Positions 39,385 to 51,236 of a stretch of 64,000 nt of DNA are shown one piece after another (within the stretch, counting starts at the first letter, position 1; every line of letters begins with the position of its first letter). Source of the DNA: Mobula birostris (taxonomy: Eukaryota); contig NC_092391.1 of NCBI RefSeq assembly GCF_030028105.1, forward strand, positions 30,725,223 through 30,789,222. The letters are read 5' to 3'. The position numbers and the translations under genes are program-made. The notes below the pieces were generated by a model, which did no database searches, was not told the origin of the DNA, and saw nothing but the letters and a program-made list of their open reading frames with translations.

Positions 39385-39750
39385 CACACCACCAGGTTCA
39401 AGAACAGTTACTACCTCTCAACCATCAGACTCTTGAACCAAAGGCTATAACTTCACTCATCTTCACTTGCCCCATCATTGAAATGTTTCCACAACCTATA
39501 GACTCACTTTCAAGAACTCTTCATCTCATGTTCTCGATATTTTTTGCTCATTTACTTATTATTTCTTTCTTTTTGCATTTTCACTGTTTACTGCCTTTTG
39601 CACATTGGTTGAATGCCCAAGTTGGTGCAGTCTTCCACTGACTCTGTTACGACCATCATTTTATTCCGGGTTTCTTGATCAAGAAGAAGGATCTCAGGGT
39701 TGCATATGGTGGCATATATGTACTTTGATAATGCATTTTCTTTGAACTTG
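39385..39750 (+). mobile_element. Rex1-type LINE 3' end
   Basis: caccaccaggttcaagaacagttactacc and shared 3' UTR. Confidence 0.8.
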
Positions 39751-40799
39751 GAGTTTGTATTTACACTGTGGTGTGCAGCTTCAGATCTACAGCTGTAATT
39801 GGCGTTCATATATAGGCACTGTCACACCTTGCTATCAGCTGTGAGGAAGTGTGCCCTCCAAGGGTCACCAGTTGAAAAAAAAAGATGGTAAGCCACAACA
39901 GCATGTTAGTGCAAAGGGGCTTTATTTAGTGCCAGGAGGAAAAAGTGCAAAAACTGCCGAAAAGTTGGGAAGAAAGAGAAATTTACAAGTAGACAAATGA
40001 GAAACAAACGTGCACGTACAAAAATTTACAAGTCTACAGAGGCTTTCTACACGCCTCACTTTGTCTTTATCTTTCCAATATAACTATTCACCAACTGCCC
40101 ATTCCAACATCCATACCTCTCCAGCAAAGCCAGACTCAGAGTTTAAGCCTGCCTCCGCCTGGCCTAGAAAGACCAGGAAATTCTACTGTTGGTCTGAGCG
40201 GAGGAGGGGTGGAGGGGGATAATCACGTGACCAGAGCATAATAATTATTTCAGATGTAGAATTGGAACATTTAAACAGGAGTTTTCTTCCACAACAAATG
40301 CTTTAGTTAAACCCATAGATCAGTGTCCACATGCTCAGATGAATAAAAAAGAATAATGTGCCCCCCCCCCAACCAGTGGTGCTCCCAGCGTAGGGTGCAG
40401 TGGACCTGCTGCCACTAACACCAGCATTATCTTAAGATGCCATAAAATGTCCCTCGAGCCTTTTGGGGCCATTCTGCAGTCTATAAACTGATGTAATGGT
40501 GTGAGCAAAAATAAATGAAACTGTTTGGTGCATCTGTGTCTGCAATCCTTATTTTTATGAGTTATAAACCAGCGAAGCACGTTAACTGAAGGGGTTGTTT
40601 TGATTGGCCAAGCTAGTGATTGTTTTACTGTTGGGGTGTGTAAATGGTGTGTGAGTGTGTGGGCAAAGTGTGTGAACTACTGGGGAAACTAGACCAGAGA
40701 CAGAACGAGGAGGAGTGACTAACCAGGCAAAGGGACAAGGTTAGTGGGAGAATTAGCATTGCCAACCTGTTCTGTAACAGGCATGGTGGCATAAAACTA

Positions 40800-41413
40800 G
40801 GGCGGGAGGAGAAGTTGGCGGTGTGACGCAGCTCTCCGGTGAAATGATATCGTATTTGTTAAATAGGTACCATGCACAATTTTGATTTGATGGAGACAGC
40901 CGTGAGAAGCACAGAGGAACATCCAGAGAAACTTCTGAAATGCCCAATTCGCTGCCGCTGCTATTGTGTGATCGAGAATCTCCGGAGGGAAGGCCCCAAA
41001 ATCCTCGGCTTTGCCTGCTGCTGGCAACCGGGCTGGGGTCGAAGTGCTGGGCAGAGATGGTGCTCGGTGCATGGTGTCAGAGGGCTGGTCGGAGGCTCGA
41101 AGTTTTCAGACGACTCTGAGTCAGATTGTGGTTGGACATGGCAGGGAGATGTCTGCGTGAGATGTGGGACTTTCGAGAGACTTTGAACTTTTTTTACCGT
41201 GCCCGTGGCCTGTTCTTCATCAAGTTATGGTATTGCTTGCACTGTTGCAACTATATGTTATAATTATGTGGTTTTTGTCAGTTCTTCAGTCTTGGTCTGT
41301 CCTGTATTTTGTGATATCACACTGGAGGAATATTGTATCATTTCTTAATGCATGCATTACTAAATGACAATAAAAGAGGACTACGTGTCCTCATAATCTA
41401 AATCTAAATCTAA
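40800..41413 (+). mobile_element. GC-rich non-autonomous retroelement with (AATCTA)n tail
   Basis: The 3' ~250 bp is shared with 49855-50091; the head resembles AAGATGGCGG-type LINE 5' ends. Confidence 0.65.
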
Positions 41414-42499
41414 AAAAAACTAATTAAAATAATCTGATTATCAAGAGAATGCACTGCTAGGGGTTGGTGAAGGCAGATGTGATACAGGTGCAATAGGGGC
41501 TCTATGTGAATATGCAGTGAACAGACAAATATGGACCCTGTGCAGGCTGAAGGGATTAGTACCATCAGCCTATCTCAGTATAACTCCATGAGTTGATGGG
41601 CCTGCTGTTCTGATTTATGTTCCTTTTCACTCTGACTTTTCCTCTCCCAAAATACCAGAAGTATCAACTAGGAGGACAGCATGGGGAAGTAAATTAGACA
41701 CCATCATCTTACCAAGGTTAATGGTTTACTGGATGTAAGGATCAGACTTAAAAAGTCCTTCTGATCTGGCACATCCCTTTGCTCAAAGAGATGCCAGAAG
41801 CAAGTAGAAGAGTAAACTTGCAAAGGGAATTTCACATACAGCAAAACTCATATAATCTGTCCCCACAGGACTTTTGTAGTGCCAGGTGAGTGGATTTTTC
41901 TGGACTATTAAGTGTTAGCAACCCCCTCCTCCAATACGATTTCAATTTACATTGTTAGATGTTACGCAGCAGTGAACCCAATGAATTTTAAGGGAACAAT
42001 GGACCCAGTGGGTTTAATGGGAGAGTGTGGAAGGCAGTCCAGTTTGTTTAAAGAGAGTGCAGTGGTATATTTAACAGTAGTCTGAGTACTAGTTTCCTGG
42101 TGAGGTTAAAGTGAGCACTTGAAATAGAACCACGCAAGCAAGATTTCTGAACAACTGGACTTTCAGGATTTCAACATATACATGAAGTGGAAATGTTTAG
42201 AACAGGTAATACTGACTCAGAACTCCTTTCTGTCAGACTAATAAATGCTGTGAGCTTCTCATGTAGTAAATAAGGGACATTAGGGAATACCAGACTGTAA
42301 ATGTCATTTTGAGCTCAGTGCAAAGACACATTCACATTCAATCAGTTAATATTGAACTAAAGCCTTAGCAAACTAATAGCAACAAAAAAAAAAAACACAC
42401 ACCCAACACGGCATGTGAATCAGTCCATAATAATACCAATGGAAGGTAGAATGAGATTCCCTTCACCCAGAAGTCTCGTTCCACTTTGACCAATACGGA

Positions 42500-42660
42500 A
42501 TGCAGGAAACTGCAGATGATGTAAACTGAAGCAAAAAAAAAACAAACTGCTGGAGGAACTCAGCAGGTTGGCAGCAGTTTGGCATTCTGGGTGACGGCTC
42601 TACATCAAGACTGGTCAATTTCTTCAGCTTCACACACAACTTCCTCCAGCAGTTGGTTTT
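42500..42660. mobile_element. Penelope tail fragments, inverted pair
   Basis: aaactgctggaggaactcagcagg versus ttcctccagcagttgg. Confidence 0.55.
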
Positions 42661-42869
42661 AAAGTCAGTATGGATCAGGCCCATTGATGGAATCCTTGCT
42701 GTATTTACTCAAGCAACGTTGGTAAACCACAAATTGAAGCACAGTTTCTCTAAATGGAGGGAAAGCATACATGAGGAGACATAAAGTGCAGTCATTTAAT
42801 ATTAACGCACACCTGGGATGGCCCACTGCCATGATTACTGACCAACAAAGCATAAAAATTTTAATTCCA

Positions 42870-42907
42870 AAGTCCTGATGAAGGATCTTGGTCTGAAACA
42901 TCGATTG
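42870..42907 (+). ncRNA. Minimal type-I hammerhead motif in a Penelope tail (tail runs to about 42972)
   Basis: AAGTC-CTGATGA-A-GGAT-CTTG-GTCT-GAAAC-ATC-GATTG; both core boxes intact; stems I and II can pair using G-U wobble. Confidence 0.65.
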
Positions 42908-43784
42908 TTTATTCCTCTCCATAGATACTGCCTGACCTGTTGTGTTCCTCCAGCATTTTGTGTTTGTTGCTCTGACCTGTGGTGAACAGAACATTCCTGC
43001 TCTGTTTTGATTACTTTTGTAGTTTGATATTTTATATTCTGTGTTTTTCACTTGATTTTCTGCAGTTTGCATGATTTTTTGCACGTTGGGGGTTCAATGC
43101 TTTTTTCTTCGAACTGGTTCCATGGTTTCTTTGTTTTGTGGCTGTCTGTGGGAAGACGAATTTCAGGGTTGTATACTGTATACATACTTTGATAATAAAT
43201 GTAATTTGAATCTTTGAATCCCTTGTCTTTTAAATTCCAAACTACATCGTATATTTTTTAAAACAGTATGCAAGAATGAGGTGAAGGCAGAAAATAAAAC
43301 AAAATATTTGCAGAATTTGGTTGTTATAAGATTACCGGTGTTGTTGTTGTTTTTTTTCTGTACCTTTCTATGGTTTTGCCAAGATCACAGCATGAGTTCT
43401 AATGTAAAACAATGAAGTGTTCTGATCATGAGCCAAATTGTTAATTACCTCCAGCTTTATCATGCTCTTGTGCATTGGTGGGTACCTGCAATTTAATATG
43501 TAATGATGTTCAAGCCTCCTCTCCTCTGAATCAAATTCCCTGTTCAGTGCCTGAAATGCACAGCTTGGTGTAATATCATCACACCCTGGTGTAATATCAT
43601 TGCACCCAATAGATTCCCGATATAGCCCGTGAATGATGGTAAATTTTTGGACCTGGCTGGCAATGATGTTCATATTACTGATTCTTTTCACCTTTCAAAC
43701 TTGATGAGGAACCAAGACATCATCTGCTTTACATGGCGTTGATAAAAGGACACGGTACTGTTTCAAAGAACTAGAGAGAGATCG

Positions 43785-44220
43785 TGTTACGGAGCAGACT
43801 GGACCACACCATCCTCTGGGATTTGGACACTCTGATTCTCCAGAGTATGGAGATCTGGCGCAATTCCTGTCAAGGTTCTGGCACCTGCTGCAAATAGGCA
43901 GCCATGTTTCAGCACCAAGATTTGCATATTTAAATTTGCATATTTGCATATTTTGTTTTACCAGTCAGAGTTGTTAGCTCAGTTTTGAACTCAGTTTTGG
44001 AACTCAGTTTTGGTGCTCAGTCGTCAGCTCAACGTCAGTTCAGTCTGCGATTGCATTTAGGATTTCTGTCTCATTTGGATTCTTGTCCAGTCTCGTCAGC
44101 TTCTCTAGCATTTAGTCAGGAACCCTGTTCTCACTTCAGTCTCGAAATCGTGCCTCGATTCTAGTTTTAGATACTCCAGCACTTGGGTCCTTCCAATCCT
44201 CGCCTAGGCCTCTTGTCACA
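43785..44220. mobile_element. Solo LTR (436 bp)
   Basis: Termini TGTTAC...GTCACA (inverted, 5/6); near-TSD GATCG/GATCT. Confidence 0.65.
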
Positions 44221-44664
44221 GATCTACCTAGCACTCAACACAACACTTATCCTTTATCCAGTGTCATTAAGACAAACCGTTCAATCACAGAAACACAAGA
44301 AAATAGGAGCATTGGCCACCTCAAACCTGCTCACCATTCAATGTTACTAATGGTTGACTCAACACTTCTTCTCAATTCTTCGATCTTTCAGAAGTGCAGC
44401 TACCTCCCCTGAACCCCTACACAACCCTCCTGGGTAGAGAACCCCACAGATTCATCACCCAGCGTGAGAAGAAATTCCTAAGCACCTCACTGTCATATGA
44501 TCTCCCCCTCATGTTGTAACGACCATATTTCAAAGTACAGGCAAAACCCTTGTGTTATAGCTGTTCAGGTAACACTAATTCATCTATACAGAATCCATAA
44601 ATCACTGACCAAAAAACAAAGAAATAGAATAATATTCTCTCTCACCGAAGTTAATGTGAGAATA

Positions 44665-45001
44665 TTTACTTACTACCCGTTATGCTGCTGGCATTTTGGA
44701 CAGCAGTGACGGTCCTCCATCTCTCAGGAATACCATCACACTTAGATGTACAAGGATTCTTCATTGCTGTTTCCGTAGCAATTTTGTTTTACCAGTCAGA
44801 GTTGCTAGCTCTGAGCCAACCCGCCAAAGCTGGAAGACCGATGGACCACTCTTAGTTTGGCCTCTACCCTCTGACCTGTTTGGCATGGGTGGCCCTACCA
44901 AAAGCCAAAGCATGAAGCCCTGACTCCAGCCAACATAGATCTCCGAGTCATTGAGGCACGCAAGCCTCCAAACTCTATGACAAGGTTGTGGTCCTCTTGG
45001 A
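44665..45001 (-). mobile_element. Bipartite RTE-derived non-autonomous element (5' UTR joined to 3' tail)
   Basis: Minus strand begins gaccacaaccttgtc...ggcttgcgtgcctcaatga...gggccacccatgcc...caggtca (BovB/RTE-like 5' UTR) and ends in a (TAAG)n-like tail, with no ORF between. Confidence 0.6.
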
Positions 45002-47249
45002 CTAATGTGGGAATAAAAATAATTTAATGGTAACAGTTGTTTCTTTCAGCCTGCTTTTCGTGATTCATGCATGGACGATGCATCTTTCTGCTATGGAAAA
45101 TTGTGACATAGGACTGTTTTTGAAGAATGGGAGAACACAAGCCCTGTGCACCCTGTAATACAGGGGAGTTGCCTGTCGTTAATGGATAAGAAATTATAAA
45201 GCAGGTGTGATACCAGTGTAAACTGATCCAGAAATTCTTTAGTGTTGGGAAAGGGAAGTAAGGCAGGGGACCTGTGATGAGTCGGTGGATATCTTTGCAA
45301 GGACACGTCGATACAGATTTTGGCTCCACACAAGTCCCAATCTGTTAACAACAGAATGGATCTTGCATGATTAAACACATACAAAAGCAGGTTTTCCTCC
45401 CCATTTGTTCTGCTGTTGTGAATTGTGGTATCAGGTAGAATGCTGATCCGGTCTGCAGATTGTGAAAAGTGAGGGAGTAGGGACAGTGCGGGAAGGAAAA
45501 AGTGTGGAAGAAATAAAGGGTCATGGCATCAGTCTGAGTAGAATCCAAATACTGATGTTTGGCTTGGAGCATAATGAGGTTGGTCAGGAATGGTGTGGGT
45601 CACGGCTCCTGTTGGTCTCTGTGTATAGCTGGGTGCCTCTGAATGTTAAAACATACCATTAGAAGATCCCGATGCAAAATTGCCAGACTATAAGATCAAA
45701 GCACTGAATCTAAGATCGCATTAGGCAATCAGTTTTCCACAGAAAATCTATCACTCAGTGCACATAAGCATTGCATTACCCGATGGAATCTGGAGGCCCA
45801 TTTCTCTCCCTGCAATCCAGAGATGAAGGAGAAAAACTTGCTCAGGGTTATCCTCTGTTAGCCCTCCACAGAATGACCATGTGTGCAAATGTGTGGACAG
45901 ATTTGAGACTGGACTCAGTGCCGCAACAGCTGAATAGCATGTGTAGAGTGGAGCAGACTTGTAAATGAAAAATGGGTATAATCAGTATTCATACAGTCAG
46001 AATGCCTCATGAGTAAATGTCAACTGGAAGGAGAGAAAAGAGGGAACAAATGTAACTTAGTGAGCTAACACTATTCTGTCATCCATCCCAAAGATGGAAG
46101 ATTCTGGTTAATGCAAAGCCAGCTGAATACTTAATTGGAATTGGTGCTTATATTACAGAGGAAATAATTTGTTGATTTTTTTTATATTCTCTTCAGCATG
46201 TGTAAGGAATGGAATTTCTCCTTCAGGTAAACCTGACATGGCAAGATATTGCCATGATACATGTCTGTTCTCATAGGAGTGGACTCAAGGCCAAAGAATG
46301 TTGAAATCATTTTCATATTAAGTGAAAAGAAGCAAAATGATTTCTCCCTGCATTTCAAGATAACATAAGTTAAAATTAAAATGGTTTATCAGAAATAACA
46401 TTAGGTATTTAAATCTCTGCATTCTCTACCTCAATATTGGGCTGGATTTTGGGTACATTTACATAATGACTTGAGGACTTCAGCTAGAATTGCAGGTGAG
46501 TTAGCAGATACAGGCACGAAGGCAGAGTTTGAATCTCTCTCTACAGCTCTCTCATGCCTCCTGGTGGCTAATTATTGTATGGCAATGGCAAAGACGAAAC
46601 CACTTAACCTTGCCAGTCAAATAACTTTGCATGGAAAAGGTATCGCAAACTCCATCTCCTTTAAATTTAACAAAAGGTATAAGATTTGTAAAGATTATAG
46701 ATTACACAAAGGTTTAAGGAGTAGAACAGGTTATTTGCACATAAAAATTGACTGGCATATCTTTCATAATACAATTACAAAAAATATACACATGACCCAT
46801 TATAATAGGTCATTCATATATAGGCAGAATATCATGATTAATAGATATGCTTAGAATATATTGGGGCTCCCAATGATGTGTGTCTTCTTTTGTCATGTTA
46901 TTCAGCTGCTCAAGGTGTGAAGCTGAGTCAAGACAAGTCACATCTGGATCCATCTCAAAAAGTTTATTCGTATTTTCCCTCTCTCCTCTCTCTTTTCCCA
47001 GATGGTGCCATCAAAATCTTCAATACTTGGCTAATACTTCTCAGCTTAGTCAGCTCTGAAGGCTGTCAAAGTGCTATGAATGTGGCTGGTAGAAATTATT
47101 AAGAATAAATTATTGAAAAATCACTTGCAAAATCTTCAAAAAATAAACTAAAAGATGTGAAAATAAATAGAATAACCAGAACTAGTACAAAAAAAATTTG
47201 AAATACTATTAGCTACCTTAAAAGATCAGAACCGTTTTCCTTCATCCAA

Positions 47250-47806
47250 CTCAAGGGTAAAGAAATTTGGCGTGTCCCCTTTGGCATCCACCACATCGTA
47301 CAGATGCACCACAGAAGCATCGTGACTTGGTATAGCAACTGCTCCACCCAAGACCGCAAGAAACGGTAAAGAATTGTGGACACAGCTCAGCGCATCATGG
47401 AAGCCCATCCTCCTCCCAATGGACAATGTCTTTGCATCTTGCTACCTTTTGGTAAAGTAGACACGATAGTCAAAGACACCAATCACACCAGACATTCTCT
47501 CTTCTCACCTCTCCCATTGGGCAGAAAATGTAAAAGTGTGAAAGCATGTACCACCAGGCTCAAGGACAGCTTCTATCCTGCTGCTATATGACTATTGAAT
47601 GGTCCCCTAGAAAAATAAGATGGATTCTTGACCTCATATTGACCTTGTTATGTCTTTGCACCTTATTGTCTGCTTATACTCCACTCTCTATGTAATTGTA
47701 ATACTATATTCAGCATTTTTGCCCTTAATGTACTGATGTGATAAAATCATCTGTACGATAATATGCAAAACAATTTTTTTTCACTGTACCTTGCTTCATG
47801 TGACAG
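47250..47806 (+). mobile_element. Rex1-type LINE 3' fragment
   Basis: VDTAQRIM...IVKDTNHTRHSLFSPLPLGRKCKSVKACTTRLKDSFYPAAI. Confidence 0.8.
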
Positions 47807-47997
47807 TACTAGTATACAAATTTATTGGTTTGACAGAAAATTAATTATGCCAGTCCAACAAGAGGCAGGTTACTTGAATGATTCTCCAGATGCTTTGTGG
47901 TAGCATCATCAGAGAGAACCTGCTGTGGTGTCCACGATGTCTGTTTTCCTTTGAGCTTGCACAGAAATCCTGAGCATGCTGATAATGCAGAGACATA

Positions 47998-48458
47998 GTT
48001 CAAAGTTTTAAGTAAATTTATCATCAAAGTATGTATATTTTACCTTGAGATTTATTTTCTTGGTGGCATTTACAGGAAAAAGGAAATACAACAGAATTCT
48101 ACAAAAAAACTACATAAACAGGCAAAGGAGTGACAAACAACTAATGTGCAGAGGAAGACAAACTATGCACAGAGAAAAATAATACAGAGAGCATGAGTTG
48201 TAAAGAGACCTTGAAAGTGAGTCTGTAAGTCGTAGAATCAGTTCAGAGTACTGCTGAATGAAGTTATCCACACCCATTCAGGAGTCTGATGGCTGCAGTG
48301 TAATAATTGTTCCTGAACCTGGTGTTGTGGAACCTAAGCCTTCGGTAAATCCTGCCTAGTAGTAGTAGTGATGAGAGGGTGCAGCCCGGCTGGTGGAGCC
48401 TTCAATGATGGATGCTGCTTTCTTATGGCAGCACTCCATTTAAATGTACTCAATGATG
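47998..48458 (-). mobile_element. Rex1-type LINE 3' end
   Basis: gttcaaag tail; ttgttcctgaacctggtg; gatggatgctgctttc. Confidence 0.75.
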
Positions 48459-49161
48459 TCAGCAGTTCCCCATAAAATCTAGCCAAATGCAACTTGAATA
48501 GATTATGGGTGCATAGAGAACTCCAACTCTTAATCCCTTATCAGGATTCAATTGAATGTTATTTTAGAAATAACGGATGAAGGATGCTTAAAAGCCACAA
48601 GTCATCATAGAGGGCTTCGGTTAGAAATCTGAATATAAGGTACTGACAGTCTGCTAATTCTAAGCATCGCCCGGATATGTGGTGATTCCCTGCCTCTCAT
48701 CTAACACTCATATTTTCTGTCTAACCTCATCTAAAAATAGTCTGGCATTTTAATACTGTGGTGTATTGCTCATAGTGAACTGCAACAGATGGTTGCATGA
48801 AGAAATGATCACAAGTAAGTCAGTGGATTCAGTAGTTCCTCATCTAAACATTGCAGTATGTTTGTCAAATGGAAGTCAAATTGTAACCCGAGCTCCAGCT
48901 CCACTGAGTCCGAGGAAGAACTCAGTTGTGTTATGTTGAGTGGCCGATATATTTTGCCTGGAGGTTAAATTACTTTTCTCAGTCATTGACCTGAAACATG
49001 AGTTAACATTGTTCCTCCACAGATGCTGCCTGACCTGCTGAGTATTGCACCATTATTTTTTTTTCAGATTTCCAACATCTGCAACTTCCGATGCATTTTG
49101 ATGCTGTCCTACCCCCAACTTTATGCTAGCTAAGTCTCTCAGAACTAGCATGTCCAGAACC

Positions 49162-49509
49162 CTTGCTGGCATCAAGAAGGAGGTACAAGAGCTTTACACC
49201 ACCAGGTTCAGGAACAGTTATTACCCTTCAACCATCAGGTGCACTCAACACTGAACTGATTCCACAACCTATGGACTCACTTTCAAGAACTTTACAACTG
49301 ATGTTCTCAGTATTATTTATTTATGTATGCAAGCATTTGCACAGATTGTCTGTCTTCTTTTGCAAATTGGTTGTATGTCAGTCTTTATTTATATGTAGTT
49401 TTTAATTGAGTCTATTGTATTTCTTTGTTCTACTGTGAGAGCCTGGAAGAAAATGAATTTCAGGGTAGTATATGTACTTTGATAATAAATTTACTTTGAA
49501 ATTTTGAAC
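49162..49509 (+). mobile_element. Rex1-type LINE 3' end
   Basis: LASRRRYKS...caccaccaggttcaggaacag; tail aataaatttactttgaa. Confidence 0.75.
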
Positions 49510-49664
49510 CATGCCAATGGAGTCACCGATCTGGATTAAAAAGGCAAATGCTGGTAAGCTGTGTATTTTGGTTTATTTTAATTAATTTTAATGTATTTAT
49601 CTACTTCTTGCCAGTTGCATGTGTTTCAAGTAAATTTATTGTTATTATTTTTAATAATAATCGG

Positions 49665-50091
49665 CACAGGATGACACCCGGGAGGCTGTATCGGAGAGGC
49701 TGGTCGGAAGCTCAAAGTTTTCGGACGGATGGACTCAGTGTCGGCTGGGGTCGGCTGCTTCCAAGGGATCGGCAAGTTGACGGTGTCTGGAGGTTTATGG
49801 CAGGGAGTTTCTGCCTTTTGCCGCCTGCTATCGGGGACTCGGGAGTCAATCGACACGGGACTTTGAGACTTTTTTTCACTGTGCCCATGGTATGTTCTTT
49901 ATCAAATTATGGTATTGCTTTGCACTGCTGTAACTATATGTTATAATTATGTGGTTCTGTCAGTGTTAGACTTTGGTCTGTCCTGTTTTCTGTGATATCG
50001 CTCCGGAGAAACATTGTATCATTTCTTAATGCAAGTGTGCATTTCTAAATGACAATAAAAGAGGACTGAGTGTTCTCATAATCTAAATCTA
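49665..50091 (+). mobile_element. GC-rich non-autonomous retroelement related to 40800-41413
   Basis: Shared 3' region and ctcataatctaaatcta tail. Confidence 0.65.
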
Positions 50092-50229
50092 CTTCAGATT
50101 TTTTTTAATACTTATCATGCAAGACATATTTAAGGAACTGATAGAGCATTTTATTAGCCATCAGGTCGGTACAGTGGTGCACCCACAACATCTACCCCCT
50201 GAGGTTTATGAACTTAGTTATTTGCTTCC

Positions 50230-50550
50230 CTATTATAATACAGGGGGAGGCTGTTCAGCCCATTGAGTCCATGCGGCTCTCAGTACAGACATCCTCCTCT
50301 GTCCCATTTCCCTTCCTATTCCCTTGTAATCTATTCACTCTCACAGAGCCACTTGGATTCTTTAGCGACTAAGGGCCATTTACTGTGGCCAGTTCCTATT
50401 GGCACATCTTTGCTATGTGGGAGGAAAGTGGATCATCTGCAGGAAGCCTACATAGCCACAAGGAGAACAGACAAATTTCTCCCGGCAGAGGGTCGCCAGG
50501 ATCGATTCTGGATGGTCCAGGCAGTGTGGCAGCAGCACGAGCTGCCCTGA
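50230..50550 (-). mobile_element. V-SINE relic
   Basis: catctttgctatgtgggaggaaagtggatcatctgcaggaagcctaca is the reverse of the V-domain. Confidence 0.55.
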
Positions 50551-51055
50551 CAACATGTGATCATCACATTAACTGTTCATAGTCTTCTTTGATTCACTGG
50601 ACAGCAGCAGCAGCAGCAAAGCCAGGAGCTTGATTTATCCTGCAGAGCTGCAATGATTGTTCTGGTGGGAAGAGAGAGGCAGATTAAGAATGACCCTTCT
50701 GTTGTGTAGTTTCAACCAAAGTGTGACTCCCTCACGTGGTACAGCTTTGTAGTAATGTCTCCAAATAGGTTCTGCCATCAGTGTTAATGTGCACATCACA
50801 TGTTCTCATGTACACATGAGACAGACGATCATATTCTCCTAAATACCTATCACTTTAGAAAGCTCATTATAAGTTATCGCATAGGTTACACATTAAGATC
50901 CATATCTATATTAATTAGGACATAATGAATATACAGAATATCCACAGAAATCAGCAAAACCAAAGTAATTAAAAAATTTCATGTAAAATCACACAAAGTT
51001 TCTGATGATACTTGTACACTGAGTGGCAGATGTCTGGATGCTCTAGAGCTTGGAC

Positions 51056-51236
51056 AGAGAAAGGAAGAGGAAGAGGGAGAGGGGGAGCGGGGAGAGAGGG
51101 AAAGAGAAAGTGAGGGAGAGAGGGGAGGGGGAGAGGGAGAGGGAGAAGGAGAGGGTGAGGGAGAGAGGAGGGAGAGAGCAGGGAGAGCGAGGGAGAGAGG
51201 GAGCGAGTGTGAGAGAGAGGGAGAGGGAAAGGGAAC
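51056..51236 (+). repeat. Polypurine (GA/GGGAGA)n low-complexity tract
   Basis: About 180 bp of almost exclusively G and A. Confidence 0.9.

Noticed and set aside
43566-43607. 21-bp tandem duplication, each unit a small hairpin; considered as CRISPR-like
   Set aside because: Two adjacent copies, no spacers, eukaryotic context.
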